A DNA stretch of 64,000 bases, from the NCBI GenBank assembly GCA_043228905.1, contig JBHGNT010000017.1, forward strand, positions 5,642,001 to 5,706,000, read 5' to 3'. Shown piece by piece: positions 53,301-64,000 of the stretch. Source of the stretch: Azolla caroliniana. Its lineage: Eukaryota > Plantae > Polypodiophyta. The translations under genes were made by a program, and so were the position numbers. The first letter of the stretch is position 1. Each line of letters opens with the position of its first letter. The notes under the pieces are model-generated. The model saw only the letters and a list, made by a program, of their open reading frames with translations, did no database searches and was not told the origin of the DNA.

Positions 53301-54059
53301 TTTCTTTATTTGTACACCATGAGTGATGAGTTTCTTTCTTGATAAGCCAAATATAAGGAGGCTACATACTGGCCTTTCTGTGTTGTTTCTTTTTCCCTCT
53401 AAACACAAGCTAAAGTTCTGATATTTCAGCAGGATTTCTTGGTTCCATGAGACATTACTGGTTCTAGCACAAAGAAACACAAATAGACAGACACAATACA
53501 CAGAGTGAAAGGAAACATCACCGTATCTTCTACAAAATGCCAAAATAGCCCATGAGACCAAATTTACAACCACAATCTGGTATATGATACCAATGTCATA
53601 TTAAAGGCAAACAGGAAAGAAATTATTACAGGTCCTAGATCTGGAGTTGAGGATTCAAGTACAAAACATTGGGGCAGTAACCCTAGATCTGGAGTTAGGG
53701 ATTCAAGTACAAAACATAGGGGCAGTAGCATCACTTTCAAATAGATATATCAATGATAGACTTTTTCCTCGTCCTTGGACGTCAGATATGGGCTGTGGAA
53801 CCTAAATGAGCATAGAAAAAGTCCCCATAACCTTGCAAGTCCAAAAGAAACATACAAAGCATTCTCCTACTACCATAAGATCTGGGAAAGAGCTTACATT
53901 TTCCCAAATAGATGCAACCTCCTCTGGGCTGGCATGTGTGAGGGTTTCTGGCTTAAGAATGGATGACAATTTCTTTGGAGCCAAGGCAGAGAAGCCAGTG
54001 AGATGTCGAACGTGGCTAGCAATAGCTTCCCACATTCGATTTCGTGTGATCCCATGCAT
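50364..54059 (-). CDS. ATP11: Mitochondrial ATP synthase F1 assembly factor 1 (ATP11 family), 202 aa, 5 coding exons
   Basis: Exons 54059-53898, 52439-52360, 52230-52172, 52082-51916 and 50504-50364 join in frame (609 nt): LAPKKLSSIL..SPEEVASIW/KHSGRG..QHRARTC/SLFVVPVRQGNGY/QMPHLLFTGLEDYKVRG..LVRGDIVF.SKLTD/AKQLIESTHSFF..FEFTDVL, matching plant ATP11 as recalled. Confidence 0.95.
51455..51564. mobile_element. 110-bp spacerless palindromic insertion, TG...CA ends, 5-bp TSD
   Basis: 55-bp arms with one mismatch (51506/51513); GATAT at 51450-51454 and 51565-51569. Confidence 0.88.
53634..53729. repeat. 2 x 48-bp tandem duplication in an ATP11 intron
   Basis: CCTAGATCTGGAGTT..GGATTCAAGTACAAAACAT.GGGGCAGTA repeated. 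Confidence 0.9.
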
Positions 54060-54887
54060 CGCAATGTAGTCAATACCTGTTTCACAAAATAAAAAAGGAC
54101 ACTTAATAAAATAAAATTCTTCATTTGAAACATAAGCCTCACTATTCACAGGTCTCTTTATCACATTGTATTCAGCAAGCATTGCACAACTTGAGATGCC
54201 ATCCCACAAACATAGACAACATTTGAAATCATCTATGAGGGTCTGATAATATTCAAAACCAGAAAATATTACACTAATTATGACCAAGATAAGGGAAGAG
54301 GCAATTTTATAAGCTGATGGACAAGATCAATAGTGTCAACACCAAAATTTAGATTATTTTTCATACCTTATTACTTGGATTTTATAGGATACCTATTATG
54401 AATCAAGTACTACTGATAAGCAATAAATACTAAGATTAAAAGATTTCCAGTTATCCTACCCTTAGACCATTGAAATTAGCCAAAGGAATTGTTCCTTAAG
54501 GTTATGCTAATAACAATGCCATAATGTTGACTTGGTTAAAGGTTCTTGCTATGCACTTCAAGTTCAATCCTTGATGCCACCAACCTAATGAAAATGTACC
54601 CCTCCTGAAGTTTAGATCTAAGACAACTTGAGGGAAATATTCAAGAAATGGATAGTTACAAGATCCTTGCCTTGACATAAATATCTAACTGCTTTCTAGT
54701 AGAAACCATGATTGTGCACTAACCCTAGTAGAACTTGAACTTCCTCAATATCAAACAAGGTCTGGATTAGAAGTAGAATATTGGCATTCTACCGATCCTT
54801 ATGTAATATTATTATCATTCTTTTCCCTTTTTCATCTACTTTTTTCCTGACTACCTGCCACAAATTTTCCTTCTTCTTCGGGCTTCC

Positions 54888-56438
54888 AAGGAATCGGCAG
54901 CAGTTCAGTTTAGGCTTAATCAGTTTGGCCGAAACCGGTTTGGAACAAATCAGTTAAGCAACTATAATGGTGCATTACAGACAACATGTCATTTTTATTG
55001 GTCAAACTATGATTTCTCAAAAACAACTAAAATTACATAGGATGGTATTGAGGCTACAATTTTGAAGAAGACATTGGTGACAACAAATGGAAATTAATTA
55101 AAACTCAATGGCAACTGGTTGTCAATTAGAAAAGCTTCAATGAAATCCATATGCAATGGGATACCATGATGCGTCATAGAATCTAAATGATCTTAATGAA
55201 GTGATGTACGCCTACAATCTTCTACTTCTCCATTCAACTCACATAATGTGTGGACTCTATTAGAGGCTATGTTTCTTATTCTTCTACAAAATTTAACACA
55301 TCAAACAATGTCAGTTACAATTTTTGATAAATGTCTTGAATAAACTGACTTTTTCTTGAATCAATAGATTCACTAGCATGCCATAATGCCAATTACGAAA
55401 TTTAACACATCAACAGTGTCAGGTACAATTATTGATAAATGTCTTGAATAAACTGACTTTTTCTTGAATCAATAGATTCACTAGCATGCCATAATGCCAA
55501 TAGTAGATCCCCTCATCTTTAGAAGGTAACAACATTTCATCTGCATGATACATTACCAAAATCAATAAGCCATATAGATTCCATATGCACACTATGACAA
55601 GGATGTATGATTAAAGATAAGCTTTAGCTCCTCATGCTATATGATACACAGCATACACCAATGTCAGGGAGCATTTTCCACGATTAATTGCCTAGTGAAC
55701 CAACATTACACAATCCCCTGAAGTTGGTATTCTTAACCTCCCATTGCTTTCCTAGCCACTTTATGCTCTATACTCAACATAAACAACACAAAGACAACAT
55801 GTGTAACGTGGGTGGAATCTGTCTTCCAACATGTAAACCTAACACTATACGTCACTCATACCCTGAAACATTCATATATGCTCCCTATTAGAGCATATAA
55901 AATACCTCATGGAAATTAGAGAATTCGTTCATATGCATTTATCTTCTCATCATCTAGAAAGTTACATGATACGTAATCATCACGATTTTGCAATTACACC
56001 ATCATCACGACCACCGTCCACTTTGATGCACATACATAGATTTATGATTCTGAATTTTCTGATTCATGACAAACAAAAGCCTCAACATCATGTATATTAG
56101 CATGTACCTGGGGGTTGGTATGACGTTGGTAGACCTTAGAAGTCTGAAGGCGCGCACTGTGCAGGTTGCAGGAGGTCCTCGTCGCGTGCAGTCTCCCTCT
56201 CCCTCTCTCTCTGTAATGTCTGTGTCGACAGTGGACACTCAACAGTCGACTCTCTGCTTCAGCTTTCTATTATCTAACTATAACTTAAATTTTGGAGTTG
56301 TTCAAACTTTTTAACTTTTAAGTATGACCTAATTAATAATCTGCTAAACTGGTTTGAGCCAGTTTGGCAGGGCTAAAGCCGAGCCGAGCCGAGCCGTTAA
56401 ACTGGTTTAGGCTTGAGCCGAGCCGTTGCCAATCCTTA
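54888..56438. mobile_element. Non-autonomous hAT element (1551 bp) in the ATP11 5'-UTR intron
   Basis: 8-bp TSD GGGCTTCC (54880-54887, 56439-56446); decayed TIRs both two changes from TAGGGATCGGCA; subterminal GCCGA repeats; internal ~109-bp tandem duplication at 55289-55501. Confidence 0.82.
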
Positions 56439-57147
56439 GGGCTTCCATCAAGGCTTTTCTTTACATGTATCCATAGGCTGAGAACTAATACTCTATAAAT
56501 GTTGCTCCATCTATGTTTGCATTTTAAGCTATGTGAAAAAGCATATATCAAATCTTACATAAACATTTATATTCAATTTTGGTTTTAATAAACGAGAATA
56601 TTATGCAAACGCCATAATTAATGTTGTTTTGAAATGTGGATTCAAGGAATGGGAAAGTAAAGTAGGCATTTACCAGTACAAAAAACTTCAATGAGAAGAT
56701 AATTTAATGTTATCATAAAGTGATGAACTTCACTTGGCAAACTTGTGATGCATTATGATATGTAAGGGAAAGATTAACGACCAGAAGTTTAGGTTTTTGC
56801 CAGTTGTAAATGCCAAAACATAATCTTTTAAAGACAAGCACTTTTAAACTAATCCGGAAGTCTGGTTTTCACCAGTTGTAAATGCAAAAATACACTCTTG
56901 TAAGAGACTACTTCTTAACAACTAATCCACGTTGATTTGATTGAAAATAAACACCACTGTTCAAGTATAATAGAACGACTACTCAATTGTGTTACACAAA
57001 TATTGCACAAAAAGGTATTGAATTATGCTGCTCAATAGTAGAGATTACTCAGACATGTTGCTTGCTGATGCAAAGACATAATACAAATTAAAATATAATG
57101 TTGCTCAAAATTATTCAGTTGTGTTGCTCAAATCGTGCAGAACTTAC

Positions 57148-57430
57148 TCGAAAATGCTGCTTAAACAGTGCACAGGATTACTCGCCAAATGCGGCCAGAT
57201 TTAGTTGCGCAGGTTCGCCCCAGTTTACGCTGCTCAAGTAGTGCACAAATTAACGCATCAGCTTCGGCTTCTTCAAGTGCTGTTGTGTCTCTTCCTTCCG
57301 TTTCTGTGTGTGTGTGTGCGTGTGTTTCTGCTGCTGCTGCTGCTTCTTCTTCTTCTTCTAATTCTTCTAATCCTAATTCTAATGCTAAGATCTTATGTTT
57401 CTGAGTTTCTACTTCTTTCTTTCAAGTTTT
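57148..57430 (-). other. ATP11: Probable non-coding first exon of ATP11
   Basis: GC-elevated leader with (GAA)n/(GCA)n/(CA)n tracts ending at donor CGA|GTAAGT (57147); acceptor CAG at 54079-54077, 17 nt before the ATG. The 5' end is approximate. Confidence 0.55.
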
Positions 57431-57558
57431 CTCTGTGTTTTTTTGGGCGTCTATTACATTAGCGTATTGCTTCTACATCGTTTGGAAGCGAAGGCGTTTG
57501 AAAAGGGGAAATTATTATTTCTTTCTATTTCATTTTTATAAAGTGTTTTCTATAAGTG

Positions 57559-57618
57559 AGCTTACCCTAGCGGTAAGGTATCATACTTTTTGATACCTCT
57601 ATCTTGGGTTCGATCCCC
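57559..57618 (+). repeat. tRNA-like A/B-box repeat (SINE-head-like)
   Basis: AGCTTACCCTAGCGGTAAG ... GGGTTCGATCCCC; no acceptor stem visible, so not a tRNA gene. Confidence 0.55.
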
Positions 57619-58362
57619 TCATTTCTCATGTCTTGTTATTGTCATGTCATCACAATATTTTATGTTACGTGTTATGGTAGATTGCCATATGTCATTCATG
57701 GGTTCAATTCCCAATTTTCTCCTCTCTCTCTCTCATTAGTGTCGTGTCATAACAAATTTTTATTTTTATGTTAGTGTCATGTTTTCTTCATATTCTCGAA
57801 TATACGTTTTATGAGTTTTTGAATGTTTGCTTATAATTATAATGCCATATTTTGATTCGATCTCTATATAGTTCATACTCATTTTCTTGTAAAGTTCTAA
57901 AGTGAAGAAATTGATACCTTCACTAGTTGAGAGATAAGAACATTGATAATTGCAAGATGAGCTCATCGTCGATACAATTATGAATTTGATTGAACTATTT
58001 GATTTTTATGTTCGTGCTTCCTAATGTTTAGTAGTTAAGTAAATCCTAAGTTTTGAACTTTCAATTCTGTTGACATTTGATTCAATCAATATATAATATA
58101 GACAATAGTTAATTTTTGAAATTCCAATCTTCATTTTTTTTTCCAACTTATAAATCCAATCCAACATTGAGATGATTTACTATACACGTTTGATTGAATC
58201 ATTCTTGCCTATCTTTACATTTACTACCAAATCATTCAAACAAGCTTTTACTAACACCACCACATTGTATAAAAAATGTATATACCAAAACCTCAAGCAT
58301 TCATTCATATCCTTTATATCGAAGCATTTGCCTCTTTACGATGATTACATGATTGGATATAG

Positions 58363-58815
58363 TCATAGAAAGAATGTTTTCTGCAACACGTGCTCGATCC
58401 GGGCAATTTCTAAAACGACTAGACGCCATTTCCAAGGTGTTCCAAGTTGTCCTGTTGTAGCTAGTTCTTCAGTGGGCGGCGATTCTTCAATGATTTCCAG
58501 ATGCGGGAACTGCGTGAAATGACGCGCCACAAAATCGATGAGGCACTGTGAAACGCGTTCGTGTAGAGTGAAGCCATAGTATCTGCGTGGCCCGACGTTG
58601 TGGTAAACATCGAGCCACACGTGCTCGAATATCGGGGGTTGGATGGTGGCGAGCATTTGGAGGTATGCAAGCTCGTTGGCGCCATCAATGTTGAACACCA
58701 GGTCCCACACAAAGATGTGCAGGCTCCGCTGACGAAAGTCGATGTATGTCGTCCAACACAATCGTTGCGCAATATCGTATTGCATGTCAACGGGGAGCGC
58801 ATGGACCAGTTCCAT
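58363..58815 (-). CDS. Intronless orphan ORF, 150 aa, unknown function
   Basis: GC- and CpG-rich open frame in AT-rich surroundings; good start context GCCAAATGG; TATATATATAG 36 nt upstream; protein-like composition (MELVHALPVDMQYDIAQRLCW...). Confidence 0.6.
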   Translation of the reverse strand: MELVHALPVDMQYDIAQRLCWTTYIDFRQRSLHIFVWDLVFNIDGANELAYLQMLATIQPPIFEHVWLDVYHNVGPRRYYGFTLHERVSQCLIDFVARHFTQFPHLEIIEESPPTEELATTGQLGTPWKWRLVVLEIARIEHVLQKTFFL

Positions 58816-59110
58816 TTGGCGCAGGGAAGAAGAAAGAAGTGTCTTGGAACTATATATATATGTATGTATGTATGTATGTATTATATAGCCTCTTTGTGTG
58901 AGTGTGCGTTTTTTTTGTTTGGGCAGAGAATGCAAGAGAGAGAGAGAGAGAGAGAAAGCACACTGCCAAAACGCAAAAGAACTAGAAACGCAAAAGTGGG
59001 AAAAAAAAGCAACATACCAAAACGCAAAAGAATCAGAAAAGCTTTTTATTTCAACTAATTAATTGATATACATATTATTGCGCTTGTTTTTACTTTTTTT
59101 TTGTTTGTTA

Positions 59111-59146
<36 letters not shown>

Positions 59147-60194
59147 GCCTGTGCCTGTGTCTGTCTCGCTCTCTCTTTCTCTATGGCCCGGAAGTCTTTC
59201 AAATCTGAAGCTAAGGATCGCGTCGATGATCTACAGGGTGTCTTCTCTAGTTCAATTACGTGGATGAAATTTATGAAGGTTTCATTATTTGTAATTTGAT
59301 TATAATCATGACTGTTAAGACTATAACCCAAATCAATTTGAAGAGTACGAAGCAACTTATGGAAATCATAACCATCTTATGAAAGTAAAAATTAATCTTG
59401 CCATCGTGAATGCATGCAGTTGTGCATATAACGTTTAACTAAACTAATTTGTCAAGAGGAACATTTATGTATCGCCATGAGAAGATGGGAATAGACATTG
59501 AAAGAAAGAAATGAATGTATATCTTACGCCTTCTAAGAAGCCAAAATAGCCTGATGACTAGAGTAGAGATTTCTTCTGAAAAGCTTTCAATCATACTCAT
59601 TTTGACAGAGTTTAGTGACCTCAACGTTTCAATAAGTGGCACAAATTCTGCGTAAGTCATATTATCATATGTTAAGTACTTTATCATCATTTTATCCTTT
59701 CAAACTAGTCACCTTCACAGAGTTAAGAAACTGTGGCCTCATGACACCAATGTTATCATATTCTGCCATGATTTGGTTACAGAATTAAAGTTATAGCTTC
59801 AATTCCTTGTTCTCAAGAAAACACAATTGATATTTCTTTTGTCGTAATGGAAATAAAGGCAATTGATTTGTAACACTTATTTGTTGATTGACATGATAAG
59901 CATTCAAATTTGTACACAAAGCAAGAAATTTTCAGTGACACAGAAGGTGTGATTTCAGTTAATGAAAGTGAAGACATTGATTCATAGCATGTTCTTTTTG
60001 TTGATTGAGATGATACACATTCAAATTTCTAAACAAGGAAGCAACAAATATTTATGCTTGAAATGGATCTGAATTAAAGAGAGCTTGATATCACATCATC
60101 ATTCTTCCCAGTTTAATACATAGCATATTCATGAATCATATATGTACATAATGGACACCCTCACGCTTTTGTTATGCATTAAATATGATAATCT

Positions 60195-62687
60195 TCAGAA
60201 ACGGTGATATTGTGTGCATTCTTCCCATTCTCCTTTCAAAATTGCTTGCCATGCTCCCCAAAGATGCTAGCGTCATACCAGTCATGTCCCATTCAGCTTG
60301 CCGGATCTGTAACATAGAGTCAAGCAAATCATAAAATAATAGAATTGAAGGAAAGATCAGAAATGCTGGAAGAGAAGAAAACATTTACGAGAAACAGGAG
60401 CCAAGATCAGAGGTATTCTCCCTTCTGTTGTTTCACAAAACATGGTCAAATGTTTCAGTAACTACGAGAGATAACCATGGTATTCACCATCGAATGCTTA
60501 GCATACAATACGCATACAATACATACATACTCTTAAGTATTGTAAAAGTATTCTACCTTTGTTTAAAATACTTAGAATGCATATTCTAAAAATAAAAAAA
60601 ATGCTAAATACGAAGTAAAGTACATGTACAATACGTTAAATACTTATTTACTTATAAAAATTTCAAAGTTTTCAAAAAACAAACTTGACTTTTTTGTTTT
60701 GAACATTTTGGAAACGTTAAATAGTTGTTAAATACATAGAATATGTGAAATATTTTGAATGGCGGTTCTAAACTAAACATAAAATACGTGCACTTTAAAA
60801 TACTCTTTAACAGATGGATCACAATAGGTTGTCAACACATGGAATGTGTTTGCAGCTGCTGGTCCAGAGGTTCCAAAGACATTCCTCTCCCAGTTTTTCT
60901 ACACGACAAATTGTAGTTAACATACATACATACATCATGATCTCTCTTTCATGAATTCTTCAATTTCTATGCAAAAACATATTAACGTTGCTCAATTAAC
61001 AAAAAATGGCTGACTGATGAATATGTGCATCATACATAAACACATAGGATTAGTGTTAAAAATTATAGCATTTGAAAAATAAAGCGTGAAATTTCACCTC
61101 TTCATTTGAACTTGTTAACCGAGCAGCTCACTGTGTTAAAACTCGTTCTTGATCTGTAGCTGAGAACTTAAGAGTTCAAATGGATATTCCACTACCTGAA
61201 ACCACTGCTATCATTTCATATAAGCTTCAAACGGTAGAAATGCATTTAGTGCAATCACAATCCTTCATTTCCAATACCTAAACAAGACAAGGACCTAAAC
61301 AAGACAAGGACCTAAACATGGAAGTATAAAAAACAGAAAAATGGAGGAGACAATTTAAGATGCACTTTTCTTTACTTTGACCAAAATGCCTCAGAAAATC
61401 ACACCTCCCAATGTTAGGAGCCCACGAAACATGTTTGACTGGATTATCTTCTTCATCGATGTCTCTTAGCTCAGCAGTGCAAAACCATCGTTGATGGCAA
61501 TGCTCAAATTCCCAAACCTACAGAACCAGAAACGATTAATTGATCTATTAAAATGGTATTGCGTGCATGTATTTCATCCTGCAGACATGCAAGATCACAA
61601 AAACTTTTCATTTACACACTACACAACATTTCAATAGAGCAAGCTTAATTAATGTTTTACACAATTAATTGATCTATGCACGTTGTACTGCATGAATGTA
61701 TCTTGTCCTGCAGACATAAAATCACTTAAACTTCCACTCATTCACTAATTAGCACCTCATAGAAAAACCCTTCTTAATTGCTTACTCTCATTGTGTATTA
61801 TATTTTTCCCTTTGCATATGAAGTACACATCAATGATGTCATGCATTAACATAAACCTGGATTCTCGAAAAAGAGAAGGAAGAAAAATCTATAAAGTTGA
61901 AAACAGATCCCAGACCGGCTGTGAAACTAAGTATTTTGTTAGAGTTGAACAGAATATGCATAAGCCATGCTCTTTGGCCTTTGATCTATAATTATATAGA
62001 GGATAACAATAAATCACGATCATATTGTCTTATTGGTTGGTAAGAGTTATAAGATTTTGTTTCACCATGAATTACCCACATTACTAATCTCCTGCCTGAT
62101 ATTAGGCCTAGCATATACAATTTCTTTATCTCAAGCTGAGTCATTATTTAAATGTCCAATGTTGAAATTTGAAAATTGTCCATATATATTTGTAATTATC
62201 ATGGGGGTCATTATAAAATGTCCAATGTTGAGAAATGCCAGAATGAGTTGAAACCTTAAAACAGAATTCTTAAAAAGATGTATGCAAGTGTGAACGGATT
62301 TCCATTGAATCCTACTCATCAAAAACTTACTTTGCCCACAATACAACAGAAAACAAATTCTTCTCTCTTATTTATCTATCCAATAAGGCCTTTGATAACA
62401 TTTCCTGATTTTCCACTAGAATCAAGATCTTGCTGTTCATGACTGATATACGTTCCTGGCATTAAAAGTTTGTATCTTATTATCGTAAGAACATTAAAGA
62501 AGTTGCTTTAGATCAGGAAGTAGGACCATAACTTAGCAATATTGAGTGAAGTTGAAGTTGAATTGCAGCCAAAAACGAATGCAGGATGTGGACTTATCAA
62601 CGTAGAAGCCTTAGAAGACACGGATGCTCCAAAAAACGAATTGGTAACATTACTTTCCGCCAGAGTTCTTGTATTTTGGAACTCAGA
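60195..62687 (-). pseudogene. SEH1: SEH1 (WD40 nucleoporin) pseudogene, last four exons
   Basis: Exons 62687-62532 (SEFQN..ASVS..AFVFGCNS), 61517-61405 (VWEFEHCHQRW..VSWAPNIG), 61224-61098 (YEMIAVV, stops at 61178 and 61130) and 60306-60195 (EWDMTGMTLAS, then deletion/frameshift to WQAILKGEW); donor at 62531 is TT instead of GT. Confidence 0.88.
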
Positions 62688-63930
62688 CTGCAAATTGGTA
62701 AAGCGGTTACTATCAATCAAAATCCTAAATAAAACCTCAAGTTTAAAAACGCAACAAACAGTGTACAGATTCCTTTAATTGCATTGTTAACTGCCCATAA
62801 TAAAAATGGTGATTCCTTATTTGTGGATTCAGTTCTCTTTTTTAAGAAACATGGGAGAATTTGAGAATGGAACTTTCAAGTTTCAAAGTACGCAAGTTGA
62901 CCTAAATTCGGATTTTTATTATATTTATAAGATACTTTGTTTGGAAAACAGTCATATTTGTCAAAGCTACTACAATGGGAAGAAACTACCCAAGTAACCT
63001 ATATAGGAAATGAAATTAAATATAAAGAGGTAATGCAAGGCCTCCACATTGTGTAGCCCAAGACTATGATGGACTTGGTCTATGTAGTGACTTTCATCGA
63101 AAATTTTCAAAGCATTAATCAATCAATCATCATGAGCACCCATGTATTAGGATTAAGTAACATCTTGAAATGTCATATGACCAATAATAATCTTTAGAAT
63201 CTAGATTATGAAGCTTAGCTAAATGGGATGGCTTCGGACACATTATTCATCGTATCTACAAATGTTGTTGGTGTATCTATTTGAGACTGAAAACAAAGGT
63301 ATATATATATATATATCTTCTAGGCTCAATCCTATTTCACTAATTACCTCATAAATTAGCATGAGCATCTGTGGGCTTAAAAAGGTGACTAATGAATGGA
63401 TAGACAAGAGAATTAAGGCAAAGTGAGGAGAGCAAATAGGTACTTGCCAAGAGATAAAAAAGCAAATCTGCAAGTTGAAGGAACAATACAATGCAAACAC
63501 AATTTTATCAATTACCAATAAACGTTTCCAACATTATAGAGGACAATGAATGGTAGAGTTGTGAACAAAGGTCATAGGTTAACATGTACTCCATCAAGAT
63601 ATTTGGACTAATCATATAATTTCTACATATCATAGGACTTGTATATAACAATGCTATTCATTGTTGGCATCTTGTGGTCATATAAAGGATTATACAGAAA
63701 CATTCAACCTACAATGTCTACATCTCATTAGCTTAAATTTAATTAGAGGAACCTACACGAAGCTCTCGATGCTTAAAATTAGCTGTGTAAAGTTCAATCT
63801 ACACTTTTGCTATTCAGCCATATTTTTAAATGCTAAAGTGACCCATAGAACGTAATAAACGTGTTCCTGCAAGCATACAAACACGTTTGAAAAGGGAAAA
63901 ATGTGTGTTCCTTCTTCTTCTTATTCTTCT

Positions 63931-63982
63931 ACTAGTGGTAAGTTATTGTTCTAGTATTGCTTATGTCTTGGGTTCAAATCCC
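63931..63982 (+). repeat. tRNA-like A/B-box repeat
   Basis: CTAGTGGTAAG...TCTTGGGTTCAAATCCC, same family as 57559 and 5665. Confidence 0.5.
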
Positions 63983-64000
63983 AATTTCCCCCCCCACCCC

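Noticed and set aside
57559-57618. tRNA gene
   Set aside because: Only A/B boxes are present; no acceptor or anticodon stems, and copies differ in the middle.
58600-59058. 152-aa plus-strand ORF
   Set aside because: Antisense to the 150-aa ORF and runs through (TATG)n and (GA)n repeats.

Overview
Repeat-rich nuclear DNA of a land plant, fern-like by inference from gene architecture and TE families. Two intact minus-strand genes: a 2-exon class II LBD transcription factor (24364-26477) and a 5-coding-exon ATP11/ATPAF1 mitochondrial F1 assembly chaperone (50364-54059) with one GC-AG intron. Two spliced pseudogenes: a SEH1 nucleoporin 3' half (60195-62687) and an unidentified gene of at least 6 exons (~8200-14635). 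TEs include a Ty1/copia 5' end whose gag is split by a solo LTR, a related LTR remnant with 4-bp RCGT TSDs, L1-type LINE fragments sitting in (GA)n tracts, a hAT element, Mutator MITEs and two almost spacerless palindromic insertions. An 11-kb near-identical duplication straddles a 100-N gap and is probably an uncollapsed haplotype. The least explained items are a 110-bp TG...CA palindrome with a 5-bp TSD and clusters of small intronless orphan ORFs. All calls are by eye; no database searches were run.
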